Virus record (IMG/VR): IMGVR_UViG_3300025294_000154
Source of the DNA: a virus
Strand: one strand, 5' to 3'
DNA length: 64,000 nucleotides
Shown here: positions 44,508-53,387 of the stretch, one piece after another
Layout: each line of letters opens with the position of its first letter
Numbering within the stretch: the first letter of the stretch is position 1
The notes under the pieces: generated by a model
What the model was told of the DNA's origin: nothing
What the model saw: only the letters and a program-made list of their open reading frames with translations
Databases searched by the model: none
Made by a program: the position numbers and the translations under genes

Positions 44508-45280
44508 GAACTGGCCCCTCCAATTGTTATGCGTTGGCCGGATCCGATATTGACCCTACCAGCGTCGAGCAGAATGCGATCGTAATCTTGCATCGCTGCT
44601 TCCGCTCTGCCGACGATGGCCCTGGCAATTCGGTCTCGAGGCGGCATCGGCGTCGGTGTCCACCATTCGGGGTGAGTGAGTAGGTAGAGCCGGTCATGAC
44701 CAGCAGCAATGACTTCAGGCATTGGCATGAAGCGCCAATAGCCATTGGAGTCGGAGCAATACACGTAGTCACGCCTAAGCGCTGCCGAATAGGCGTTGTG
44801 CAGCCCAGCGATTCTCTCGTCGTTGAACTGCAGCACGTTCGACATATCGGGATTGTGGTAGGAGACTGATTTTATCGGCTGGTCCACGAGATCTTCTAGA
44901 AAGTGCTTTTCGCGAGAAATCGCGGCCGTAAGGTCTTTCGCGGACCACTGATCTGTACCGGAATCGAAGTGCAGGCCGATCTCATGCCCAAGCGCCGAGA
45001 TCTGTTGGACGAGAGCAAAACATTCAGGCTCGGGGAGGCTGTAGAAGCGCCCTCGGGTCATGAGAAAGAATGTCGATCGAAAGCCCTCCTTGGCCTCAAC
45101 CTCAGCCAAGTCTCGAGCTCGATGCAACGAAATATCGACGTCGTGGCGTAATATGACATGGCGACCGACCGGGTTTTCTCCGAAACCCGCAGCTGAGTAG
45201 CCTCGGTCGCGCAGGGAAATCAGGTTCCGCCGGTAGGCCTCGATTGTGAAATCGGAAAAAGCGCAGGGTTCGGGTGGCAT
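44504..45280 (-). CDS. Polysaccharide deacetylase-like protein (alternative GTG start 45304)
   Basis: LRHDVD, RSTFFL, GHEIGLHFD, SYHNP, YCSDS..WR, LLTHPEWW. Confidence 0.8.
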   Translation of the reverse strand: MPPEPCAFSDFTIEAYRRNLISLRDRGYSAAGFGENPVGRHVILRHDVDISLHRARDLAEVEAKEGFRSTFFLMTRGRFYSLPEPECFALVQQISALGHEIGLHFDSGTDQWSAKDLTAAISREKHFLEDLVDQPIKSVSYHNPDMSNVLQFNDERIAGLHNAYSAALRRDYVYCSDSNGYWRFMPMPEVIAAGHDRLYLLTHPEWWTPTPMPPRDRIARAIVGRAEAAMQDYDRILLDAGRVNIGSGQRITIGGASS

Positions 45281-45352
45281 CGCGGTTTGACAACTCCTGG
45301 CCACGGCCGTCGTTTATGGGGAGGCTTTTCGCCCGAGGCGTTCAGGGTTCTG

Positions 45353-45646
45353 CTAGCCCTGGCTCTGGATATTCACTGAAACAGCGTTTCTCTCTGCGTC
45401 GTACTTCAGCATCGCTTCGGCGTCACCATTCTGAGCCGCAATTGCGAATAGACGATTCAAAGCAACCCACCGCAGTTTCTCGATGTCGGTCGCTCTCGTG
45501 ATATCGTTGAGTAGACCGATGTAAGCCGCCCTGTACGTAGGCTCGTCCCAATCCGGGACGGGGTGGCTTGTCTGCGCATCGGTCCGGACGCGCTCCTTTT
45601 TAGTGAGTGGTAGTCCGCCTTGAATATACGCAATCCAGTTGGTCAT
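45353..45646 (-). CDS. Hypothetical protein upstream of acylation cassette
   Basis: 97-aa ORF with GGAG RBS; same strand as cassette. Confidence 0.55.
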   Translation of the reverse strand: MTNWIAYIQGGLPLTKKERVRTDAQTSHPVPDWDEPTYRAAYIGLLNDITRATDIEKLRWVALNRLFAIAAQNGDAEAMLKYDAERNAVSVNIQSQG

Positions 45647-45712
45647 TTCGGCGTCCCTCCACCCCTTGGCGAACCCCTACAGGATCAGCGCCCGTCCGTC
45701 ATCAACCGTTCC

Positions 45713-45733
45713 GCCGCCTCCGGGCGGCTTTTT
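45713..45733 (+). terminator. Intrinsic terminator (+ strand)
   Basis: gccgcc-tccg-ggcggc-ttttt. Confidence 0.65.
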
Positions 45734-45754
45734 CTTGCCTGAAAGGACGCGCCG

Positions 45755-46246
45755 ATGACGCGCTATGGCGGCTGCGGGCAATCGCTCGCGGGCGAGATCC
45801 CGTTCGTCTCTGGTGATGAGATCGTTCAGCGATTCGTGGTGCTGGCGGAGAAGACGATCGTCGATCTGACGGGTTGGACCGTGACCGCGGCCGTCTGGCT
45901 CTGGAACGCGGCCCGCCAGGACATCGCGGCGACGCTTGAGATTGACAACCTCGCTCCGGATGCAGGCGAGGCCCACGGTCTGATCAGGATGGTCGAGACC
46001 GAAACCGCCAAGCTCGCCGGCGTCCCATCCGCCTTCATCCGCCTGACGCTGGTCGATCCTGCCGGGCGCACCATGCACACCGCGGGCGCCGCCCTGCGGG
46101 AGATCACCGGGCCCTCTGGCTCGGTCAGCGGCACGGCGATCGTGCGCTGCGTTCTGGTCGGCGTCCGAGCCTCGGACCTCACGCCATCCCCTCCCGCCGA
46201 CTCCTACACCGACGACGATTACGCCGCCTTCGCAGCGGCCGCCTGA
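45755..46246 (+). CDS. Phage virion adapter-like hypothetical protein
   Basis: DLTGWTVTAAV.. pattern of fibre-anchoring domains; first gene of second receptor-binding block. Confidence 0.55.
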   Translation: MTRYGGCGQSLAGEIPFVSGDEIVQRFVVLAEKTIVDLTGWTVTAAVWLWNAARQDIAATLEIDNLAPDAGEAHGLIRMVETETAKLAGVPSAFIRLTLVDPAGRTMHTAGAALREITGPSGSVSGTAIVRCVLVGVRASDLTPSPPADSYTDDDYAAFAAAA

Positions 46247-46255
46247 GGAGCGATC

Positions 46256-47353
46256 ATGGCTTTCAACATCAAGGATTTCTTCAGCGGCCTGGCGGTCAAG
46301 ATCAAGTCGACGACCGACGGCAGCAATGGCGAGGTCACGCATCATCATGTGGACTCGTCAGCTCTGCCGGCCGGGGCCTCGACGGCGGCGAAGCAGGACA
46401 CCGGCAACGCAAGCCTCGCGTCGATCGACGGCAAGCTGACTGGACCGATCAGCGTCGCGGTGACCAGCGGCGGCGGTGGCGATGCGTCGGCAGCCAACCA
46501 GACCGCGGGCAACGTCCTGCTCGGAGCGGTGACCGAAACCGCCCCGACCACCGACACAGCATCGAGCGGACTGAACGGGCGCCTGCAGCGCGTGGCGCAA
46601 CGCCTGACGGCCCTCATCGCCGCGATCGGCACGCCCTTGCAGGCAGGCGGCGCCGTCAGCGTCTCGAACCTCCCGGCGACGCAGGCCATCTCGGCGTCTG
46701 CCTTGCCTCTGCCCACTGGCGCCGCCACCTCCGCGAAGCAGGACACGCTTGCCGGGTTGGTCGGCGAGGTTCAGGCCAGCCCGACGGCGAACACCCTGCT
46801 CGACCGGCTCAAGGCGATCGCGACGGCGCTCGCGGGCACGCTGCTGGTCACTGCCTCAGGCCGCACCGTCATCGCCGGCGGCCAATTCACCCGCCCGGCC
46901 GACACCACCGCTTATGCCGTGGGTGATCTCGTCGCGAACAACACGACCGCCGCCAGTGTCGCGGCCATCCAGCTCACCGCAGCGCGCATCAATGCCGGAA
47001 CCGGTCGCATCAGCCGCGCCCGGCTCAAGAAGAGCAACACCAGCCTGACCAATGCCCAGTTCCGCGTGCATCTCTATCGCGACGACCCGGCCGCATCGAC
47101 AGGCATCACCAATGGCGACAATGGCGCTTGGCTGACCAAGGAAGCGACCTATATCGGCGCCTTCGACGTCACGATGGACCGCGCGTTCTCGGATGGAGCC
47201 AAGGGTATCGGGGTCCCGGTTGCCGGCGCCTTCATCAGCTTCGATGCGACAGCGGGTTCCCAGCTGCTCTACGCGCTGATCGAGGCGCGCGCGGCCTACA
47301 CCCCGGCCAGCGCAGAAGTCTTCACCCTCGCGCTCGAAATCGACCAGGACTGA
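46256..47353 (+). CDS. Tail fibre-like protein with internal repeat
   Basis: A/T/G/S-rich; LPAGASTAAKQDT and LPTGAATSAKQDT repeat; GGAG RBS. Confidence 0.65.
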   Translation: MAFNIKDFFSGLAVKIKSTTDGSNGEVTHHHVDSSALPAGASTAAKQDTGNASLASIDGKLTGPISVAVTSGGGGDASAANQTAGNVLLGAVTETAPTTDTASSGLNGRLQRVAQRLTALIAAIGTPLQAGGAVSVSNLPATQAISASALPLPTGAATSAKQDTLAGLVGEVQASPTANTLLDRLKAIATALAGTLLVTASGRTVIAGGQFTRPADTTAYAVGDLVANNTTAASVAAIQLTAARINAGTGRISRARLKKSNTSLTNAQFRVHLYRDDPAASTGITNGDNGAWLTKEATYIGAFDVTMDRAFSDGAKGIGVPVAGAFISFDATAGSQLLYALIEARAAYTPASAEVFTLALEIDQD

Positions 47354-47356
47354 CCC

Positions 47357-47500
47357 ATGCCTGCTCTCGTCGGCGCCCGGCGCCTGCAAACGCTTGGCGC
47401 CCTTGGCACGGGTGGTGGGTCCGTCCAGCCGCTCGGCGCATTCGTCATTAACGGCGTCCCGATGGTGATCGCCTCCGTTCCCATGCAGAAGGCATCCTGA
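47357..47500 (+). CDS. Small virion-associated peptide (47 aa)
   Basis: MPALVGARRLQTLGALGTGGGS...; fills the gap between fibre genes exactly. Confidence 0.45.
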   Translation: MPALVGARRLQTLGALGTGGGSVQPLGAFVINGVPMVIASVPMQKAS

Positions 47501-47502
47501 CC

Positions 47503-48942
47503 ATGGCGCTGCCCGCAACCTATGATACCGCCGTCGCTGCCGAGCGCTCGCTTATGGTCGACGCGCTCCAGCCAATCGCGACGACCGCCAAGAGCCCCGA
47601 TGCGGTCAATGCTGTTCCCGGCGCACCGCTGGTCGGGGGCCGCATCAACAACCCCGGCCCCAAGCGTCAGCCCGGCCAGAGGACGCTCGCCGTCTTCGAC
47701 AAAAAGGCAAACATGACGTTTGCAGGGTCGACCAATACCACGAACGCCGCTGCCGATACGTCTGATGTAGCAAACTCGGACAGCCCCTACGGCACGACGA
47801 CGCTCAGGCTCGCACCCCGAAACGGTGCGGACACAAAGCTCGCACCGTCTGTGGCGCTGACAACGCCGGTCAATGTCAGCGGAGGCGGCTACATCCGGCT
47901 GTTCTTCAAGCCAATCGCCAACCTCAATGTGCCGGGCGGCAATCTGAGCCGCTTCTCGATGGAGCTTCACAGCGCCGGGACACCTGCTTCGCCCACGGCC
48001 AATTACCACAAGACGCACGAGGGCGGCGGCGATCTCCTGGCTCTCACGACCTCACAGAGCGGCGTCGGCCGCTGGCAGTCGGTCGGCCGTGCAATCGGCG
48101 AGATGACCGCCGTGGGAACTGGCGCCGACCTGTCGGCTATCTCCTTTGCGAGGCTGTGGGTGTCGTCCTCGACATCCCCCGTCGCAACTTTGGAAGTTAG
48201 CCACATCGAGTACGTGCCGAACCCGCTGCCCAAGGCGGCGTGCATCATCAGCTTCGATGATGCGTTCCTTGTCGAGTATCCCCGCACGTTGATGGCCAAG
48301 TATGGCTTTCCCGGTGTGGTTTTTCCGAGCCCCGTAGCGCATCTGAACGGCGTCGGCGGTTCTGGCAAGCTGAGCGTCGATCAACTCATCATGCTCCAAG
48401 ACGTGCATGGGTGGCAGGTCGCATCTCAGGGCTACATTGATGAGGATCTGACCCGTCATCTCGCACTCGGTGACGATGGGGTGACCGCCGAATTCGCCAA
48501 GCTCCGAAATTATCAGAACGCTCTCGGGCTGTCGGGTGGTGGGCACGGCAGCTACTACTCCGGCGTTTCCGCCGATGTAATCGCCCTGTTCCCCGCGCTT
48601 CGTCGCCACTACCGTTCGATCCGGCGCTTTGACAGCCCTCTCGGCGGCGGCATGCCCCTCGACGTGACCGAGATGTACCCTTGGCGTGACCCCTATAACA
48701 TCAGGTGCTGCAACGCGGCGGGCTTCTCGAACAACACCACGACCGACTGGACGAACCGCTTCAAGCTACTGTTCGACGCGGCCATTGCGGTCAAAGGAGT
48801 GGTCTACCTGGCCGCTCACAACGACTTTGCGTCGGCTAGCAACGCTCGGACGAACTTCGAGACGGCGCTCGCCTATCTCGATGCCAACCGGGCGACGATC
48901 GAGGTCGTGACCGAAGAGTACCTGCATCGCACCTATGGGTGA
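47503..48942 (+). CDS. Tailspike-like protein with C-terminal NodB/CE4 polysaccharide deacetylase-like domain
   Basis: IISFDDA, YGFPGVVF, HGWQVAS, VYLAAH; N-terminal beta-sandwich region. Confidence 0.7.
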   Translation: MALPATYDTAVAAERSLMVDALQPIATTAKSPDAVNAVPGAPLVGGRINNPGPKRQPGQRTLAVFDKKANMTFAGSTNTTNAAADTSDVANSDSPYGTTTLRLAPRNGADTKLAPSVALTTPVNVSGGGYIRLFFKPIANLNVPGGNLSRFSMELHSAGTPASPTANYHKTHEGGGDLLALTTSQSGVGRWQSVGRAIGEMTAVGTGADLSAISFARLWVSSSTSPVATLEVSHIEYVPNPLPKAACIISFDDAFLVEYPRTLMAKYGFPGVVFPSPVAHLNGVGGSGKLSVDQLIMLQDVHGWQVASQGYIDEDLTRHLALGDDGVTAEFAKLRNYQNALGLSGGGHGSYYSGVSADVIALFPALRRHYRSIRRFDSPLGGGMPLDVTEMYPWRDPYNIRCCNAAGFSNNTTTDWTNRFKLLFDAAIAVKGVVYLAAHNDFASASNARTNFETALAYLDANRATIEVVTEEYLHRTYG

Positions 48943-48958
48943 TATTGCGGTTGCGGCC

Positions 48959-49552
48959 CTACCTGAAAGTACCGATCCGCTCTCTAATCCAACAAAGGTA
49001 AATGCGTGCCGCCGCCGCAATTTCCGGTTCATCCTCAGCTTCTATCTGGGGAACCGGCGGCATGATTTGACCGTCTCTTCCCGCTATAGGAATCATGCGG
49101 ATAGTCGGCCTCAGCACTACTTTTCTAACACCAGGGCCTGCTGCCTCGATAACCATTGGGGCGATCTGCCTCGCAGCCACTTTAAGCCGACCGTCACTGC
49201 CCGTGGTATAAATTTGAGGGGCCCCCATGATGAACCCGGAGGGCATTACCATGCGCTCATCGAACCGGATACAAATCACGCTGTCTTCAACACCGTGCTC
49301 ATGAATGTTGCGAGCAGTGCGGACGTATCGCGTTAGATCATCGGCCCATATCTCTTGCCCGATCAGGGCCTTGTATCGGCTCCCCTGTCCCGTATTGCGC
49401 GCATACTGTTCAAGCCGGTTGAGAGCTCTATTCGAGTGTTCAAGGAACGCGCCCCAGGCTTTGCGGGCGGCAGCGCTTGATCGGGCGGAGCGAATGCGCC
49501 GCACGTCGAGTTCCGCGAGATCGAGCATTTGCTGAATTTTGGGATGAGCCAT
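48959..49552 (-). CDS. Candidate HEPN-domain protein (moron)
   Basis: Helical N-half ending DDLTRYVRTARNIHEHG (RxxxxH); antisense, convergent on tailspike gene. Confidence 0.55.
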   Translation of the reverse strand: MAHPKIQQMLDLAELDVRRIRSARSSAAARKAWGAFLEHSNRALNRLEQYARNTGQGSRYKALIGQEIWADDLTRYVRTARNIHEHGVEDSVICIRFDERMVMPSGFIMGAPQIYTTGSDGRLKVAARQIAPMVIEAAGPGVRKVVLRPTIRMIPIAGRDGQIMPPVPQIEAEDEPEIAAAARIYLCWIRERIGTFR

Positions 49553-49827
49553 AACGAAAATGGTGTTCGGTTTGATGACGCCGCGCAAGCCTCCTCGGCA
49601 TCGTCACGCGTCCGAACCAAGCATCCTTACTAGCCGCGGCTGAGCTAACCGCTCGTTTAGAAACGAAGCCTATCGTCATGTCTGCCTATCCGCAGAGGGT
49701 GCGAGTATGACCTGGCTCTGGATTTTGAACCTGCACCTCGCCGGACTCTCAGTGTTCCTGGATATGGCCGGGCGGGCGCCGGAACTCGACTGGCACGATT
49801 GATCTCAAGAGCGGTCGTGATCGGCGC

Positions 49828-49953
49828 CTACGGCAGTAGCGCCCACACGGCATAGCCGATGGCGATCATCCAAGCAGTCTGAAGTGTTATGATCGCCGTG
49901 ATCAGCAGGGCCGCTGCTGCTCGGTAAGAAAGTGACTCTCGCCTTTCCGGCAT
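49828..49953 (-). CDS. Small single-TM peptide (41 aa)
   Basis: MPERRESLSYRAAAALLITAIITLQTAWMIAIGYAVWALLP; weak RBS. Confidence 0.35.
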   Translation of the reverse strand: MPERRESLSYRAAAALLITAIITLQTAWMIAIGYAVWALLP

Positions 49954-50029
49954 TTCAATTCGATCTGCATGAGATATCCCGCCAGCCGAATTGACCCTAG
50001 GTCATCTGGATGAATGGCGGGTGAACCCA

Positions 50030-50275
50030 TCACCTATTTGGAACAACCGTAGAGCCTACGCCTGCTGGCGGTATGGAGCGCTGCTGCTGCGGCTGTCCAC
50101 CAAAGATGCGCGTTCCTGACGGATCATATGGCTGATTGCGACGCTGATATTGCCGCTCGATCTGTCGGTCGCGGATAACTCGCTCCGCTGCCCGATCTTG
50201 GGAAGCGGCTGGGGCGGCGGCTGCCAGCAAGGCAAGTAGGATGATCATGCGCATCGCTTGATTGTGCGCCTGCAC
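50030..50275 (-). CDS. Small secreted protein
   Basis: MIILLALLAAAAPAASQ signal peptide; R/Q-rich body. Confidence 0.55.
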   Translation of the reverse strand: MQAHNQAMRMIILLALLAAAAPAASQDRAAERVIRDRQIERQYQRRNQPYDPSGTRIFGGQPQQQRSIPPAGVGSTVVPNR

Positions 50276-50317
50276 CAGAGCGTTGCCAACCCATCACCCG
50301 TCGCACGGTAGACAGGC

Positions 50318-50422
50318 TTAGCGCGGCCAGCGCCGGCGGGACCGGGTCGAAATGGCGAGCATTGCAAAGCAAATGGCGGCGCCAACCAAACCAGCGGCGA
50401 TGTGCAGAGCCTGAATAAGCAT
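50318..50422 (-). CDS. Small single-TM peptide (34 aa)
   Basis: MLIQALHIAAGLVGAAICFAMLAISTRSRRRWPR; GAGG RBS. Confidence 0.45.
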   Translation of the reverse strand: MLIQALHIAAGLVGAAICFAMLAISTRSRRRWPR

Positions 50423-50568
50423 GCACGGCCTCAGCGTATCGATCAAAGCAAGTTTGCCGGCCGCCACTGGGGGGATTTTAGCAGCGACCGGCAATGCCCT
50501 GCTTCATTTCAAGGCTCCGTAGCGTAACCCGAAATCGTTATAGAATTATCATTCATACGAATGAGTGC

Positions 50569-50763
50569 TTACGCGTCGTCGTCGGACGGTTTCTGGTCGC
50601 CATAGAGCGATGCTCTAAGCAGGTCTTCGAGCTCCTCGACGGTGGCGAGAACCTTGCCGCAGGCGATGCAGACGAGCTGAGCATCGCCGCTTGCCTGTTC
50701 TGGCTTCAGGATCGCTGAGCCAAAGCAGTGTTGGCAGTGAAAGACGCTGGAGGGCGCCTTCAT
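50569..50763 (-). CDS. Small Zn-finger protein
   Basis: CQHC ... CIAC; GGAG RBS. Confidence 0.6.
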   Translation of the reverse strand: MKAPSSVFHCQHCFGSAILKPEQASGDAQLVCIACGKVLATVEELEDLLRASLYGDQKPSDDDA

Positions 50764-50914
50764 GGCATGCCCTCCTAAGCACCATCCAGCGCCTCATTCG
50801 TACCGCGCCTGCGATCGCGCCGGGCCTTCTAATCGGGGGTACCTCGATTGGCGGCCGCAGTTCAGCGAAGCGCGGACCAGCGGATAACCCATCACCCCCG
50901 CAGTGCAGGCCCGG

Positions 50915-51019
50915 CTAGCGCCGCAAGAGCGCGGGAACGAAGACGACTATCAACGCCATCGCGATCAAGATGAGGACCAGCCGAAGGGCCATTCCTCTGG
51001 ATTCTGCACTGATCTTCAT
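50915..51019 (-). CDS. Small single-TM peptide (34 aa)
   Basis: MKISAESRGMALRLVLILIAMALIVVFVPALLRR. Confidence 0.4.
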   Translation of the reverse strand: MKISAESRGMALRLVLILIAMALIVVFVPALLRR

Positions 51020-51082
51020 CGGCTTTTAATTCGCACCGCTCGCCTGACGAGCGGACCGGATCACGCGCTGCGCTAAGCCGCA

Positions 51083-51802
51083 ATGTCTTTCGACATGGAG
51101 CATCCTATGGACACGACCGCTATCCAGCGGGCGCTGGTCGCGCTCGGCTATTCGCTCGTGGTTGACGGCGTGATGGGGCTGAACACCAAGGCGGCGATCG
51201 TCTCGTTTCAGCGGGCCGCCGGCTTATATCCCGATGGCATCGTCGGGCCGAAGACGATCCTGGCGCTGAGGACCGCTCGGCATAGCGACCCGACACCGGC
51301 GCCGATCCGGCAGGCGTTGAGTGCGATCGGCATCGAGGCGCTCGTCGGGCGCGAGGCGCTGAAGACGAAGGCCTATCTCGACAGCGTCGGCATCTGGACC
51401 ATCGGAGTAGGGCACACGGCAGCCGCCGGCGCTCCGATACCTTACAAGGGGCTCACGATCACCAGGGACGAGGCCTTGGCCATCTTCGCTCGCGATCTGC
51501 AGGCGTACGAGGACGCCGTCCGAGATGCGATCAAGGTGCCGCTCGCCGATCACCAGTTCGATGCTTTGGGGTCGATCTGCTTCAACATTGGGCAGGGCGG
51601 CTTCAAGGGCTCGACCTTCGTGAAGCGGATCAACGCCGGCGCCCCCGCTTCAGAGATCCGAGCGGCCATTCTCGCTTGGCGCAAGCCGGCCGAAATCATC
51701 TCTCGCCGGACCGCCGAGGCGGATCAATTCCAGACCCCCTACACGACGCGCCTCCCGAAGGCGCGCTCGACCGACGCCGCGCCGATCAAGCTCGCGGCCT
51801 GA
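51083..51802 (+). CDS. Endolysin: peptidoglycan-binding domain + GH24 lysozyme (alternative start 51107)
   Basis: IQRALVALGY..VDGVMG..T..AI..FQ..GL.PDGIVGPKT; REALKTKAYLDSVGIWTIGVGHT (E-D-T). Confidence 0.93.
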   Translation: MSFDMEHPMDTTAIQRALVALGYSLVVDGVMGLNTKAAIVSFQRAAGLYPDGIVGPKTILALRTARHSDPTPAPIRQALSAIGIEALVGREALKTKAYLDSVGIWTIGVGHTAAAGAPIPYKGLTITRDEALAIFARDLQAYEDAVRDAIKVPLADHQFDALGSICFNIGQGGFKGSTFVKRINAGAPASEIRAAILAWRKPAEIISRRTAEADQFQTPYTTRLPKARSTDAAPIKLAA

Positions 51803-51850
51803 CGATCCCGCAGCGGCCGGGCCAGCCGCCATCCCCCGGAGCACATCCAA

Positions 51851-52267
51851 ATGAACCGCTTCCTCCTGGCGCTCGTCGCCTTGGGCTCGCTGGCGCTTGC
51901 CGGCTGCCAGTCGGTCACCGGCTACCAGCTTTCACAGACATCGGCCGCAGGCTGGCAGCAGATCGCCGCCGGCGCAGGTCAGGTCTTCGGCCAGACCAAG
52001 TACGACGGGAAGGTCGCACAGGCCTCTCAGCAGCTCGCGAATTACTGCGGCGCGCTCCGGGCCGTCGCCATGGGCGCCAGCATCTTCGCGCCCGAGAAGC
52101 ATCAGGCGCTCGCGAAGCAGGCCGCCGCCGCTGTGAACTCGGTCTGCGACAACCCTCCTAGCGATGTCGCCTCCGCACTCACCGCCGCGGCCAAGGCCTA
52201 TGAAGCCGTCCTCGCTGCCGGCAAGGCGACTGGCGTTCCCGTCCAGACCGCAGCCGCAGGAGCTTGA
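51851..52267 (+). CDS. Lipoprotein in lysis cassette
   Basis: Lipobox LAGC after hydrophobic signal; Ala-rich helices. Confidence 0.75.
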   Translation: MNRFLLALVALGSLALAGCQSVTGYQLSQTSAAGWQQIAAGAGQVFGQTKYDGKVAQASQQLANYCGALRAVAMGASIFAPEKHQALAKQAAAAVNSVCDNPPSDVASALTAAAKAYEAVLAAGKATGVPVQTAAAGA

Positions 52268-52270
52268 TCG

Positions 52271-52534
52271 ATGAACGAGCAAGTTCTCAGCTTCATCCGC
52301 ACCCTCGTCCAGTCCGGCGCGAGCGCTCTGGCCGCAAAGGGCCTCATCGATCAGCAGGGGCAGACGGTGCTCGTCGCCTTCGTGATGTGGCTGATCCCGA
52401 CCGTCTGGGGACTGTACGTCCGTCGTAAGGCCGGCTTGGTCGCTTCCGCGGCGGCGTTGCCCGAGGTCAAGCAGATCATCGCCACGCCGGCCATCGTCGA
52501 CAAGGTCGACCGCTCCGACGTCACCACCCGCTGA
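52271..52534 (+). CDS. Putative holin
   Basis: 87 aa with two hydrophobic segments, then basic RRK; after endolysin. Confidence 0.65.
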   Translation: MNEQVLSFIRTLVQSGASALAAKGLIDQQGQTVLVAFVMWLIPTVWGLYVRRKAGLVASAAALPEVKQIIATPAIVDKVDRSDVTTR

Positions 52535-52563
52535 TCGCCGCCCCCCGGCCGGAGCCTGCGCCT

Positions 52564-52908
52564 ATGCCTCATCGCGATCCGCAGGATGTCCTGCCGCCTT
52601 ACGCCATGGTCAATCTGTCTGATCTCGACCGCATGGCGACGGCGGCGGCCGAGCGCGCGGCCGCTCTGTTTCAAAAAGACGCGCTCAAGCCCGACGCGGT
52701 TGAGGGCATGGTCGAGGAGGGCATCCAACGCTTCCTCGACAAGGTCGGGATCGACGATATCCCCGCCTTCCGGAAAGACCTTTCCGCGATGCGCGCGGCG
52801 CGCGAGACGCGCGAAGCCCTCGTCAGTCATGGGCTGAAGGCGGTGGTCACCGTACTGCTCGGTGGCATCTGCACGGCAATCTGGCTAGCGATCAAGGGAG
52901 CGAAGTGA
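52564..52908 (+). CDS. Membrane-anchored phage protein (lysis region)
   Basis: Helical body with C-terminal TM (AVVTVLLGGICTAIWLAIK). Confidence 0.65.
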   Translation: MPHRDPQDVLPPYAMVNLSDLDRMATAAAERAAALFQKDALKPDAVEGMVEEGIQRFLDKVGIDDIPAFRKDLSAMRAARETREALVSHGLKAVVTVLLGGICTAIWLAIKGAK

Positions 52909-53387
52909 TGCTGAGTGCGCGCGCCGTGGCTGCTGTCGGGGTCTGGGCGACCGCCGGGCTCTTCGGCACCGCCCTGTTTCTGTACGCGACGCCGATGCTC
53001 GAGGCGCGGTTCGCTCCCGTCCTGACCGAGCAGCGCGTCGAGTTCGACGATGATGACCGCACGCCCGGCCGGATGTGCTGGACGTGGTACTGGAACAAGG
53101 TCAGATACGCGCAGCCGATCGTTGTTGCCTGGTCGATCACGGTAGATGGGACCGCGGTGGAGTTCCCGGCGATCACAGAGCGCCAGCGAGACGGACAAGT
53201 CCTCCGCGACCCTCAGGCCAGTGCTCTGGGCCCGGGTCGGAATGATCTCTGCGTCTCGATCCCGAAGGAGATCGACAAGGTTCCCGGCGTGACCATTCGC
53301 GGGCAGATCAACTATCGCATGCCGCACGGGCTCTGGACGATCTGGCTCGAGCTACCGATCGTCCGAGTTCCGCCATTGCCGAGCTAA
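52905..53387 (+). CDS. Membrane-anchored phage protein (lysis region)
   Basis: N-terminal TM, periplasmic beta domain with two Cys; GTGA coupling. Confidence 0.65.
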   Translation: MMLSARAVAAVGVWATAGLFGTALFLYATPMLEARFAPVLTEQRVEFDDDDRTPGRMCWTWYWNKVRYAQPIVVAWSITVDGTAVEFPAITERQRDGQVLRDPQASALGPGRNDLCVSIPKEIDKVPGVTIRGQINYRMPHGLWTIWLELPIVRVPPLPS

